A DNA stretch of 64,000 nt from Protoeuglena noctilucae (taxonomy: Eukaryota), in contig OY253672.1 in NCBI GenBank assembly GCA_958009085.1, positions 310,001-374,000 of the forward strand, given 5' to 3'. The notes beneath the pieces were generated by a model. It was not told the origin of the DNA. It saw only the letters and a program-made list of their open reading frames with translations, and searched no databases. Below are positions 1 through 12,627 of this stretch, piece after piece (within the stretch, counting starts at the first letter, position 1; the number at the start of each line of letters is the position of its first letter). The translations under genes were made by a program, and so were the position numbers.

Positions 1-3000
1 GGGGTACGACCCCGCGTGCCTCATGCACACGGTGCTGTACGCGGACGGCACCCTCAGCGTGGCGTGCTTCCTGTTGGACGGCCTGGCCATCCAGCTGCAC
101 CTGGGGGAGGTGGTGCCGGGTGAGGGAGGGGGACACAGCGTGGCTGGGCTCTGCGTTGGCATACGCATGAGGTTGTGCCATGGCAGTGAGAAGGTCTGGT
201 GGGTGAAGCAGTCGTCGCCGATGGCATGCAAATGAGTCCTCTCTTGAGCCGCAGAGCCGGACGCCTCGACGCTGCGAGCCTCGGCGGCGCTGCTGCGGCA
301 CTCCGCGGAGGTGGCGGGGCGGTTCGCTGCGTGGCGTGCAGCAGAGGGGGAGGGCGAGGACTCCGGGGCGTTCCCCAGCGCAGACTTGGACATGCAGGGG
401 TTCACGGGTGAGGCATGGGTGTCCACACAGCCCTTGGAGGTGGGGCAGCAAACAGAGATACAAGGACATGGCGTGATGGGACAGATGCAGAGACGGGGCT
501 GCGGTCTCTACGGCACTCGGATGTCGTCCCTTCCTCTGCCTACATCGTCCCTGTGCCGTCCCCACACTCGCTGCACCTTACCGCTGCAGTGCGTCGGCAC
601 GCCGACTTCGCCACGTCCGTCGCGGCCCTGCGCGTGGCCCTGGGAGAGGTCCAGAGGGGCGCGGAGGGCGACGCGCTGCGGGCAGCGTGGGCAGCGGTGC
701 TGCATCCCCCAGAGCAGCGGTCGGTGCGGTGCAGCTTCGGGGGGGAAGCGGGGGCCGGGCGCAGGGCGCGGGGTGGCGCGGGGCGTGCGGCGGTGGAGCG
801 GCAGGTGAAGGAGATGGTGGCGGGGCTGGTGGACGAGGCGGGGGGCGCGAGGGCGGTCGCGGATCTGCAGGCGCGTGCGACGTGGCTGGCGGGCGTGGCA
901 GGGCAGCTGGACGCGGGCGCGTCGCTGGCGGAGGCGACGTATGCGCCTGAGATAATAGCTAAGGGGCTGGCATGCGCGGAGGAGGTGGTGTGGGCGCGGG
1001 CGGCAGAGGGGGTGCCGTGGGTGGCGGCGCTGGTGGGGACCTGGGAGGACCTGGCCCGGTGGGGCGGGGGGGCGCAGCGGCACGGCCCGGCGGACCGGGT
1101 GGCGGTGCAGGCGTTTGCCGGGGAGGAGTCCGACTGTGCGTGGGTGGCGGCCGTGGCAGTGCGACCCTTCCCCGCGGGTCTCAGGGAGGGCCTGGCGTCG
1201 AGCTTGGCGCCGTCCAGTTTGGGCCGGGTGCGGGAGTATCTGGAGGAGGACGCGCTGCCGGACATGATGCGGCTGCAGGACAACACGGGGTGGTACGTGG
1301 AGGGCACGTCGCAGGGGGAAGCGGTCCGGCGCAGTGACCCGCGGTGGGCGGCGGGGGTGCCGGAGGGGGGGTTGCAGGTGAGACGCGCCGCGAAGAGCAC
1401 TGCGGGTGTTTGTGAGGGACTCTCTTTGAGGGAAGAGCCAGGTGGTCGTGGACTGTTCCTCAGGATTTGTCGGTCATTACGCTTCCATTGCCCTCCCCCC
1501 GTGTCCCTCAGGTGGCCCCCGGTTTCTTCCTAGAGAGCGTCGGGTCGGTGGAGTACTGGGACCTGCGATACCACACGGAGAGGGACGTGTACCCTATAGG
1601 CTACGCCATGCGCACCACAGTCCAGCGGAGCAAGGGCAGGGAGCCTGAAGAGTTCCGCTGCAGCATCCGGGCCTCCCCCACGGGGCCGGAGTTTGTCGTG
1701 GCAGCAACGGGGCGCGCCAAGGGCCGGGAGTTTGCGGGCGGGAAGGTCACGCTGGCGTGGGCGGCGGCCATGGGCGAGGGACTGTCGCCGGCGCAGAGGC
1801 GCGCGCTGCCCAAGAAGTGCGGGCAGGACATGTTCGGCCTGCGAATCGGTGAGGAAGCGGGGTAGCATGCTTGCTTATGCGTGGATGCCCATGGCAGCAT
1901 GCCTGCGGCAGCTGCGGGCGTGACACTGTTGCTGCTGACACCTGTTGCTGCCAAGCAACTGCGTGACCCAGCGGACGCGTCTCTGTTCCGCAGACGCCGT
2001 GCGGGCCTTCATTCAGGCCCAGCCGACTGCTGCCAAGCTGCAGCACTTCCGGGCGTGGCTGCCGGGGTTCCAGCCACCATCGCAGGGCCTCACCCCCGAA
2101 GAGGCGAGGGCCAGCGGTGCTACGACGGCGGTTGCACATATGTAAAGCATCTCCGATCATCAAGACTCATCTACCCCATGACTGGTCGCATCACTTCCAC
2201 CACCGCCCCTCACAGTCATCCGGCGCCCCCCACCATTGCCAAAACCCCCACACAAACCTCAATGCCCGCCCCCTCGCTGCCCTCAGGAGTCTCGCCGCCC
2301 CCTGGAGCTCTCCCTCCGCCTGCGCCTGCCCCCCGGGGTGACCCCCCAGCCGCAGCCGACGCTCCACAGCGGCGCCTGCCACGTCTGCCACGCCGAGGAG
2401 GAGGTGGACGGGGACCTCATCCTGCACTGCGACGCGTGCCGGGTGGCCGTGCACATGTCCTGCTACGGCATCGCCGAGCCCCGCAGGGGAGGGGAGCCGT
2501 GGCTGTGCGCCGTCTGCGCGGTGGGGGGCACCGGCCTCCGCCCGCCCTGCGCCCTGTGCCCCTGCGAGGGAGGGGCCATGAAGCCCACCACCTGCGGGCA
2601 GTGGGCGCACGTCGCATGCGCCCTGTGGGTGCCCGAGGTGAGATAGGGGTGTGGCAGGAGCCGATGCTGTTGTTGACGACCTTGCGCCCATCGCAGGACG
2701 AGCCACGTGCCTGCCAGGCTCGGGTGCGCTCTCATGACTCGCCTGCGTCCCCTCACATGTCCCTCTCAGGTGGGGTTCGAGGACCCCTCGAGGCTCGAGC
2801 CCATCGATGGTCTGGCCTCGGTGCCCCCCGCCCGGTGGGCCCTGCGCTGCTGCCTGTGCCGGCAGCCTCACGGCGCGCCCATCCAGTGTGCCGGCAACGC
2901 CAAGTGCGCCCGCGCGTTCCACCCCCTGTGCGCCCGCGCCAAGGGACTGGTCATGGAGGAGGCCACCCCGCTGCCGTCCGGCCAGGGACGGCCCTTCCAG

Positions 3001-4829
3001 GGCGGCACCCAGGCAAGCGACGCGGGCACTGATCGCATTGAGCAGCAGTGGAGTGGCAGCGGCGGCACACGTTACGGTGGCAGTGGCAGTGATACTTGCG
3101 ATAGCAGTGGCAATTGCGGGGCACTAGCAGTAGCAGCAGCGGTAGCACTTGCAGAGCGATGGGGGCGTAGCGGATAGATCAGCGTTTCACCCCTTCCCCG
3201 CCCCTGCAGTGCGGCGGGGGTGTCTACCTGGCTGCGTACTGCAAGGACCACGCGGGCAGGGCGGGGGGTGGCCCGACCGCGGCGCACTTCCGATGCCGCA
3301 CGCTCAACCCCCCTCCCGGGCGAGCCTTGCCGGCGCCTGGGCCCAAGCGCCGGAGCCGTGGGCGGGGCACGACCAGTGCCCACGTCAGCCTTGCTGTCAG
3401 CCAAGACGTCATGGCTGGGATCGGAGAGGGCGAGGCGCGGGAGGGGTGCGCGAGGTCTCGGCCCATCGACAGCGCGGCGAGGAGGGGGATCCGTGCGCCA
3501 GACGCCCTGCAGGCCATGCTGGGTGAGGGACAGGGGTGTGGGGCTCTTTGTCTGTGTCACCCGTGCCTGTGAGCCACTCTGTGTTCGCAAACAAGATGTA
3601 ACATTAGCACTTCCGTGTCCTTTCTGTGACCGCAGACAAGCGTCGGTTCTTGGAGCGCACGCCCTACGCCGTGACGGGGTGCCGCCGCGTGGGAAGCATG
3701 GACGTGTACGTGGCACAGTGCACGGAGCTGTGGGGCGCCAGCCGATGCTACGATGCGCCACCTGGGAGGGACGTGCCGGTGGAGCTGGCGTGGGATGGCA
3801 CGGAGGAGTGGGGGAGGGCACTGACGATGCACGGGAGGGCAGGCGCAGGGCTGGCGGGGGAGGGGGCGGTCAAGCAGGGTGGCGAGGGTGCAGCAGGGGG
3901 CGGGGCGGTCAAGCAGGAAGTGGAAGGGGGGCGGGGAGCGGCAGGGCGGGGCGGGAAGGGTCGGGGGAGGGGCAGGGGCAAAGGCAGGGGCAAACAGTGG
4001 TCTGAAGCCGCATGGGTGGGCGCAGGGGCTGGGCGGCTACCACTGCAACTGGACCCGCTGCCACCCTGCGCGGAGGGTGCGGTGACGTCGCGCGTGGCGC
4101 CCGGCCTGGCCCCTCGGCACCCCGCATGGGCGCCTGGGTGCGAGGGCCGCGCGTGGAGTGCCGCGGAGCGCTTCGCTCTGATGCACGCGTCGGTGGGGGA
4201 GCGGGTCGTGACGGGGAAGAGCGCCATCCACGGACTGGGCGCCTTCGCGCGGCTGCCCCTCCGCTCGAGCGAGATGGTTGTCGAGTATGTGGGGGAGCTG
4301 GTGCGGGGGACCGTGGCCGGTGAGTGCAGTAGGGAAGCTGAATCCGAGTGCTGGGCATCGACGTACTGGAGTGCGTCGCTGCAGTTTGTCCATTGGCACC
4401 CGGATTGCACCTGCTTTACCCACATCGCACCCGTGCATATGTGTGCTTGCAGACCTGCGCGAGCGTCGGATGTACGACCGCCTGGTGGGCGCGGGGACGT
4501 ACGTGTTCAAGCTCAACGAGGCGCAGTGCGTGGACGCGACGGTCAAGGGCAACCTGGCGCACCTCCTCAACCACAGCTGCGACCCCAACTGCCGGTCGGC
4601 CACCGTGACCATCGACAGCGTCGACCACGTGGTCATCTTCACCATGCGGGACGTGGCGGCGGGGGAGGAGCTGACGTACGACTACCGCTTCAGCGGCGAC
4701 GAGGTCCTCACGTGCAACTGCGGGGCCCAGGCGTGCCGCGGCAGGGTCAACAAGCCCGCATCCGACGCGCCCCACGCCTTGCTGCTGCCCTGGAGCGAGG
4801 TCGAGCCCCTGGCGAAAGAACAGGCCTGA
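1..4829 (+). CDS. Trithorax-like (ATX1/2-type) histone H3K4 methyltransferase, multi-exon, 5' end outside the window
   Basis: Spliced translation gives a Tudor-like GYD..HTVLYADG, PWWP (EVVWARAAEGVPWVAALV), FYR-like (YHTERDVYPIGY), PHD (CHVCHAEEEVDGDLILHCDACRVAVHMSCYG), ePHD (CALC..GGAMKPT..WAHVACALWVPE), SET (GKSAIHGLG, NLAHLLNHSCDPNC, GEELTYDYRF) and post-SET CNCGAQACRG. Stop TGA at 4827-4829. Confidence 0.92.
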
Positions 4830-4862
4830 CGCAAATGGGGTTAAACATTTTCTAGCTAGATT

Positions 4863-7800
4863 CTAGAAGCGCACTGACTCGGCGGCGCTGGGGCCCGACT
4901 GCGGCGGCGGGAAGCTGAAGGAGCTGTGAGACGACGCCCCTGCCTCTGGGGAGGGCGGACCCAGTCCACCTGGGCCACCCACTGCGCTGCTCGCCGCGCC
5001 GCTTGCCACCCCGGCCACCCCGCGCCTCCCGCCTGGGAGAGGGACGAGCTGAGGGGTGCGTGCGGGGACCCGCGTCGCCTCCGCCCCAAGCCCCAGCCCC
5101 CCGCCCCTGGCGCGCGCGTTGGCCGCCCGCATCGTCGCGTGCGCCCTGGCCACGGCGGCCTCCAGGCGGTCCCTCTCCGCCGCCTCCTCCGCCGTCCTCG
5201 GCTCCCCCCGCTGCACCGCCCGCCGGTACTCTCTCTCGGTCTCCGCGCCCCTCTGGATGGCCTCCACCTCCTCCGCCGTCAGCGCGGCACCCGGCACCGC
5301 CTCCTCCGCCGTATCGGCCGCCATCTCCACCCCCCCGCTGGGACCTGGCAGCTCGGCACTCGCTCTCCCGTCCCCCACCGCCTCGAACGCCTTGTAGTTA
5401 CCCACCCCCGGCAGCCGCGGGCGACGAAAATAGGTCAGGATGGACGAGAGCGGGCGCAGGGTGAAGACCACCTCGCTGTCGTCCTCTAACAGCCCCCGGC
5501 CCGACGTCTGCGGGGAGGCACAGAGGCTCACTGGCTCACATGGGCAGTCGCCGATGTGAAGCATTGACAAGCGAATGCTCTCGTGCAGGGACACTGCACA
5601 CCATTGCCGTGCGGTCAGTGCCTGAGGCAGGGCAGGGTAGGGCGCTGGCAGGTGCCATGGCTCACCTCGAAGGGCAGCGTGCAGACCAGCACCGTGGCGA
5701 TCAGGCACGTGACCAGGAAGATGGCCTGTGCGGCGCTCTGGTTGCCGGAGGAGACGAGGGTGACGCTGGCGAAGGGGCTGAGGACGCCACCGAGACGCGA
5801 GAAGCTGTTGCAGATGCCCAGGCCCACTGCGCGGATCTTGGTCGGGATGGCCTGCGAAGGAGCGGGGACGGGGCTTGAGAGACACCTCGCGTGGTCTCTC
5901 TCACGACACATGTCGTCACCCATTCTGTGTTTCACGTCACCCAGCCCTTCCGGGGACTGCCAGCTCCCCTCGCTCGCCTCGGGGGTGTAGATCCACGCGA
6001 CTTGGAACGTGGCCAGGATCAACGCGCGGGACATGAAGAGCATGGCGACTAAGGCGCCCCGGGGGATGGTGAAGAGCGCGGGAATCAGGAAGGCGGCCGT
6101 GAGGGCCAGGCCCCAGGACATGGTGGGGATGCGGCCGAGGGGGTGACAACAAAGAGCGCGAGAAGGATGCCTGGGAAGGCGGGGGAGGGGTTGGGGTGCT
6201 TGGAGGCAAGGGGGCTGCTGTGGTCGAGGCATGCCTCAGTTTTGTACCAGGGTCGCACCTGGCAGCTCGGCAACGGTGGTGATGAAGATGTCACGAAAGT
6301 CGGAGCTGTGGAGGTTGGCGCGGTTGCCGGAGCAGCCGTTGGCGGTGGCGTGCACCTCGGTGATGAGCAACACCACGCCGTAGTACGTGAGGGCGCATGT
6401 GAGCCAGGTGAAGAGGAGCACCAGCATCATGTCCCTGCACAGGGGAAGACAAACAGTATCGTTGCGCCCACGCCCGAGCCATGTGCCTACCCACGCACCA
6501 ACACACACCGAGCACCCCCGCCTCGTCCCCACCCAGCCCACGCGCCACGCACCGGTAGGGTTTGCGGAACACGGCGAGTAGCTCGTCGAGGTCCTGCCGC
6601 ATGCGTGACAGCCACGCGGGCCCCCGTCCCCTCGGCACCGCCCAATGATGCTCTTCGTCCACCACCACCGCCAGTCCAGGGTTGGCCCCGAACGCCAGAG
6701 AGTTCGAGGCGTGCGCTCCGTCCCACGACGACGACGACCGCCGTCCCAGGGGAGGCCCGTGCCAGTGGCTTCCGTGAGCGCCTGGGGTAGCTTCGTGGCC
6801 TGCAGGGTGACTGCCGTTGACACGGCCCGCCCCCGATGTCCCCTGGCCGCGTGGGTGCGAGGCGCCGTGGGGCCCACTTGCGCCCCCCGCTCCCCCCGCT
6901 TCCAACGCCATGTTCCGGTGGTGCAGGTGCCACCCCGCGCCCTCCCCGTTCGCCCGCCCGGGCCCGACGCGCCCCCGCTCCTCCTCACCCAGATCCACGT
7001 CCTCCATTTCCACGTCCAAGTCCTCCAAAGGGTCTCGCCCGTGCGAGCCACTGCCGTGGTCCGGATCCTCACCGTCCGCCCGCTGCCACCCGCCCCGCCT
7101 CGTCCCCAGGAGCCCGCGCCAGGCGTCGTGGCCGTTGGAGGGTCCGTGGCCGTTGGAATGCGCGTGGCCGCTGCGGTCGCCCTCGTGGGCGTGCGAGGGC
7201 GCGTGGGGTGCGTGGGGCACGGAGTCATGGTGGGCGCCCTCCTGCCCCTCCCGCACCAGGGTCCCCGGGTGAAGTTCGCAGCCGTTGTACGCGGCGACGC
7301 GGTGCAGGAGGGCCTCGACCTCCCGCAGCTTGCCCTTGGAGAGCAGGAAGTGGGGGCTCTCTGGCACGAAGGGCACCAGTGCCAGCATGAGGACCTGGGC
7401 GGGAGTGGGAGAAGGGTGGAAAAGGGTCAGCAGGACGCGGCAGCATAGTCGGAGACTAGAGGGGACATGTCAGATACCAGGGCTGCGGAGGGGCTGCTGC
7501 GGGGGTCACCATGGGGATGGCAGACACAGCGACCAGGACGCGCCAGGAGTGGCCGCTGCCGAGCAGGGCCCACGCGAGTGCCCCCTCGAGCATGGACCCT
7601 GCGGGGACATCGGAGATGGGCAGCTGCCGGGCGTGGCGCTGGCCATGACCCCCAGCATGGCAGCATGACGGCATCGGTTATAACCACGTGTGCTGGCTGC
7701 AGTCGTCCTGTGCGATGGCCTCACCCACAGTCCAGAAAAGGACGGTGCTCATGAGGAGGCGGCCGCGCAGAGACGGTGCCACGAACTCTGCCAGAAGCGT

Positions 7801-8762
7801 GAGGGTGACGTGGAAGCCTCCCATCCCAATGCCGGTCAGCGAGCGGAAGAGCAGCAGCATCCCGTAGTTGGGGGCACCCGCAGTCAGGATGCCGAAGATC
7901 CCGGTGAACTGCAGGAATGGGGTGCGGGGGGTCGGGGGAGCTCAGTGCATCGGCACGTGCACCTCGCCGCACCGCACAGCACCACGGCACATGGGGTGAA
8001 GGCTGTGGGGTGAAGAGCCGCTTTGGTGCACCCCCTCACCACCGTGCACGCGGTGAACGCCACCTTGCGCCCGCGGGCGTCCGCCAGCGCACCCCACAGC
8101 TGCGACCCGATGAGCATGCCCACGAAGACAACGGACGTGAGCAGCGCCTCCTGGGTGCCCGTGACGCCCCAGTCGCAGTGGACCTCTGGCCCGATGAAGG
8201 ACAGAAGCATCATCTCCATCGCATCTGCGCACGGCGGAACGGCGCGTGCGTCGACGTGAGCACGCGATCGGGAAGGCCTGCACGCCGCGGGGCGCCTGGC
8301 GTGGGGAGGGCCCCGCGCGTCACCTGCTGTCCATGCGAGGCCAGCGAAGATGCAAATGAATAACTGACACCTCCCCAATCCCATCGCCGCCATGGCTTCG
8401 TCCAGGGTGTAGCAGGGGCGGTGCTTGCCCAAAGGGCGGGCGACGGGCTGACCCTCGCGGGTCGCGAGCTCGTTTGCTGGCCCCTCGCGCGTGGCAAATA
8501 CCCCCGCCCTGCCTCCGGCGATGCCATCCCGGTGCGATGCCGTCGCGGAGGGAGGGATGAGCCCGGCCTGCGAGCAGAGCAACGCAAGCGTTGGGTGCGT
8601 GTTGTAGGCGCCATCGCCCCGAGAAGCGACCATGCCTGCATGCCGCGAATCCACTCCGCCACAGCGACATCCCAAACCGACGGAAACACCACTTCGCGAG
8701 AGGAGATTTTTGTGGGAAAACCAGCGACTGACCTTGGCGACATCTGGACCGCCGCTTTGCAT
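4863..8762 (-). CDS. Major facilitator superfamily transporter, SVOP/OCT7/NiaP-like, multi-exon
   Basis: Motifs YTLDEAMAAMGLGRCQ, DAMEMMLLSFIGP, WGALADARGRK, FRSLTGIGMGG, PFVPESPHFL, YYGVVLL, IYTPE..PTKIRAVGLG..SRLGG. Start ATG at 8762 inferred from a short first exon; stop TAG at 4863. Confidence 0.88.
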
Positions 8763-9186
8763 CCTAGCAAAATATTGAAGGAAAAAGCAGGCGGCAGGAC
8801 GCAGGTCTTTCACGGCAGGACGCGCGGATCGATCGCGGGGAGGGGCCAAGGCTCCAGGGATCGCTCAGGGATCAAGTCGGCGTCTTTCAGCGGCGGGGTG
8901 CATTCATGACACAGGGGCATGCCGCGAGACAGCGTGCCGGGTCACGCCATAAAGCCAGGCAGCTGGAGCCAGTGCATCTGGCACATGCCAGACGCTTTGC
9001 TCTCTACCGCGACGGCTCTCGCCCTGGCTCGGCAATATGTTGTGACATGTCACGCGTGGCGTTGCTCGCCAGCGCGGACCGGGCCCGGGCACAGCGCCAG
9101 GCTGTGCTGCCGGACAACAGTGACCTCCGGGGTTTCAAGCCTGCCACTTCGCATCAGGCCCGCCACGCCGGCAAAGCGTCCCGCGT

Positions 9187-10521
9187 CTACCGGCCGCCGA
9201 GGATGCCCCACTCAGACACGTAGATGCCGTCCAAGAACTTGCGGATGTCCCGGCCCGTCACCAGGCACGACTGCCGAGCAGGGAAGGGGGGGAGGGGCGG
9301 GTTGAGCACCTCTCCGCGACATCGAAAAGCCCAGCAGCCCACCTGCCGCACCAGCGCAAGCAACGCGGCTCCCACGTGGGCCCCGTCCCGAGCCCCGTCG
9401 CCGCCGCCACCCGCGCACGCCAGCCTCTCCCAGCCCACCTGGCGGATGAGGGCGGCGGAGCGCGACACGTTCTGGATGTCGTTGCCCGTGAGGACGAGCT
9501 CGTCCTTGACCGCGGAGGACTTCTCGCAGGTGACGCCCTCGAGCATGGGGACCTTCCGCACGATCTTCTCCCCCAGGAAGTTCCGGATCTCCACCAGCGT
9601 GCCCTTGTTCTCCAGCGAAACGTTGATGGGGAAGTGAGCGTACACGAGGCGCATCTTGTACTCGAACCCCTTGGTGACCCCCACCATCATGTTCTTGATG
9701 TGCGAGCAGCACGTGTTGATGGAGGAGATCTGCTTGCTCGTCCCGAAGTGCTTCTCCACCTGCTCGGAGGCCAGGGAAGGCGGGTGAGCCTCGCGCGCGC
9801 AAGGGGGACGGGGGTGGCGCACGCCGACGCCTGCGTCCGACCCTCACCTTCACCACCTTCTTCCCCTTGGCCTCGGCCACGGCCATGTCGACGGCCATGT
9901 GCTTGAAGTCCTTCGTGAGCTTGCCTGCAGGCACCGGACCGAGCCAGGAGCCCGTCAGCTCCAGCGCGCACGCTGCAGTGACAAGAGCGGCCCTCCCCCG
10001 CGTCTACAGCGCGCGTGCAGCGACGCCGCGTTCCCCATGCGTGAGACCACAGTCCAAGGGACCCGTCAACAAAGCGGCGCGGCGCCAGCACCCCCAGGTG
10101 GGACGCGGTCGGGCCCAGACGCCAACCGAGCGGCCCCCGCAGCGCGCCAGGCCTCCGCCGCGCCCGCGCGCGGGAAGGAGAGTGGAGCGAAAGAAACGAA
10201 ATCGGCGGACGGACCAGGCGCCCGCGGGGACCCCTCCGGGCGCTCGGCGGGAGGGTCCGGGCGGCTCGCCAGCGCCCGTCGACCCGCATCAGCCCGGGCA
10301 GGCCGAGCCGCGCGCCTCGCGAGGATCCCTTCCTCGAGGCGGTCGGGGCAGATGCCGAGCGCGGCCATCCGGCGGCCGACTGCCCGGCCGTGTGAGCCCC
10401 CGTCGAACTGGCCCCCTCCCTCACCGCGCGGACCCGTCACGACAACAATGCGCGACTTAATCTCCACCGTCACCCCCGCGGGGATGGGGACGGTCCCCGA
10501 CACCACCATGAGGCGCGGCAT
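9187..10521 (-). CDS. RPL9: 60S ribosomal protein L9 (uL6), 4 exons
   Basis: [41 protein letters not shown]...[39 protein letters not shown]...[13 protein letters not shown]. Confidence 0.97.
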
Positions 10522-10576
10522 GGCTCGTCCCACGCACGGGCACGACCCCGTGAAGCGGCGAGGGTTTCCCGCGACT

Positions 10577-10651
10577 GAAAAGAGGGCGGCAGGCGACGTC
10601 GGGCCGGCGCGAAGTCCCCGCGTGCCGCGACACCCAATCCTGGCGCCAGAA
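10577..10651 (-). promoter_or_regulatory. RPL9 candidate core promoter: pyrimidine TCT/TOP-like motif plus upstream TTCTGGCGC element
   Basis: Minus-strand CCCTCTTTTC at 10586-10577 and plus-strand GCGCCAGAA at 10643-10651. The same pair with near-identical spacing occurs upstream of RPS15A. Confidence 0.4.
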
Positions 10652-10778
10652 TTCGCGGTGCGGGGGGACCCCCCAAGCGCTTCCAGGCCGCACCGCGACC
10701 CGCATGACTGCGTCGACGGCGTCCGCAGGCTGGGGGTGGCGATTCGCCTGGTCGGGCGCAAGGCCGCCTGAAAGCGCG

Positions 10779-12368
10779 ATGTTGAGGCGAGCTCTTCCGC
10801 GTGTCCTGCAGGTGAGCAGTAATGGGTGCGGCGGGCGTCCGCGTCCCGGCGCGAGCGCCCTCCCGAGGGCGGGGAGGGGCCCGTTGCGCGCGACGCGCGC
10901 CCAATGCCCGCCCCGGCCTCGCTCCCGGCGCTCTCGTGAGGGTCGAGAGGCTGGGAGACGATTGGCGTGCGCTCTTCGGGAGCATCGCGGGCTGACCATC
11001 GGGGAGGTGCTGGGACGACCTTTTGCGCTCCCCTGGGCGCCCTGCGCGGCGAACTTGGCTTCCCAGCGCTGCTTCGTCGTCACGTGCCCCCCCATTGACC
11101 AACGGCGTACCCCGGGGCCCTGCCCGCAGGCGGTGGGGGGTGGCGAGCGGGGGACGGGGCTGCGGGGCTTCTCGAGCTCGGAGGGCTTCTCCGTGACGAG
11201 GGCGCTGGGCATCAAGTCGGACCGGGAGCTCCGCCTGGAGGTGCTGCAGGACGAGCTGAGCAACGCGGAGGAGGTCCGCGACAAGGACGGGAAGGTAACG
11301 CGGACGGTGCGGCAGAGCGCCTTCGAGTACGGGATCAAGGGCGCGGGCGTGGAGTCCTCCATGGACCTCACGGAGCAGCAGCTCCAGGGCGGTTCTGGCC
11401 TCCGCGCCGAGTACGAGCACGTCCACACGTTCGACGCGTCCGAGCTCGACCTGTCAGCCATCGTGCCCGGCACCCCGAGCAAGGCCATGATCTCCATGGT
11501 CCAGAACGGGCCCAACCGCGGCTCGACCATCCCCGCGGACTGGAAGGCCTTCAAGAGCGGCGCGGCGGTGGACGTGCCGGGGATGCTCGCCACGCTGGAC
11601 AGCATCTTCGCGACGGACGCCAAGACCAGGGCCGTCATCGCCGACCTCAAGACGCGGTACACGGCGGCCCAGGTCCAGCTGGCGGAGGCGATGAAGATGC
11701 CCGAGCAGCCGGACTGGAAGCAGCTGTCGGCCGTCGGCGCGCCGTTCGCCGAGTTCCTGGGGGAGGTCAAGAAGGTGTACGACGCCGAGGCGGCGCTCAA
11801 GCGCCCTGCGGACGCCGAGCTGATGGCCGGCAAGGAGAAGGAGTACAAGGAGGAGGTAAGGATGGGTCGCGGCGCGAGCGGCAGCCTGTGGTCTGCCTGT
11901 CATGGGGGCCGGTGTCGTGCTGTGCCCGCACGTCTCTGAGTAACCGTTCCAGCCCGGGTGCCCCGCCCCCGCAGCACGCCCAGGCCGTGCAGCTTCAGCA
12001 GGAGTTCTGGAAGGCGCAGGACGAGGTGCTGGGGGCGGTGGCGCACGCGCTGTTTGAGATTGGTGTGGCGGAGGACATGTACGAGCGCATCGAGAAGGAC
12101 CAGCCCGTGACGATCGACGAAGTGCTCATCCGGAAGCCCGACGTCATGATCCAGGTGCGGGACCTGTGCACGAGTGTGGGGGCGTCGCTGCTGCGGCTGG
12201 CTACGGCGAGCCTCGTGGCCGAAGCTGCCCGCGCAGATCGACAAGGAGATCTCCGAGTTCGACTTCGGCGCCGAGACCAAGGCCCGGCTGGTGAACGTGG
12301 ACCTCCAGCCCCTGGAGGGCTTCTACTCCACGCTGACGAAGGTCGTCCAGGCCAAGGCCAGCGCTTGA
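10779..12368 (+). CDS. Mitochondrial ATP synthase subunit d-like protein with long N-terminal extension (~356 aa; exons 10779-10811, 11130-11855, 11975-12154, 12237-12368)
   Basis: Arg-rich presequence MLRRALPRVLQ..LRGFSS. The C-terminal half resembles subunit d: ADWKAF..TRAVIADLKTRY..MPEQPDWKQL..KKVYD..VTIDEVLIRKPDVMIQIDKEISEFDFG. Strong GC3 codon bias. Confidence 0.7.
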
Positions 12369-12627
12369 CTGTCACGCGACGATGGGCCATGTTGAACGGC
12401 AGACTCTGCAGCGGCGCACTAGCAGGCGCCCCGCAAAGGACTAGGCGAAGGCGCCGCCAGCGCGGCCATCGTCATGGCAGGCAGCCGCGCGCCCGGCACG
12501 CACGGGGCCTCCCTGCGTCACAGCCAATGACAGCCCTGCGGGCGGGCAGATCAGGCGTCGTCGCGTACGGCGCCGGGCTGGAACACACGCGGTCTGCCCC
12601 GCCAGCCCGCCAGCTCTGCGTCCCACC

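Noticed and set aside
3040..3155. Degenerate GCAGTG/GCAGTA repeat extending ORF 2707-3177 with a Ser/Gly/Ala-rich peptide
   Set aside because: It is inside ATX intron 3013-3209 and is simple low-complexity sequence.
9926..10424. snoRNA hosted in the long RPL9 intron
   Set aside because: No convincing C/D box pair (only CTGATGC and an isolated CTGA) or H/ACA layout by eye, and long first introns are general in this window. An Infernal/Rfam scan would be needed to exclude it fully.
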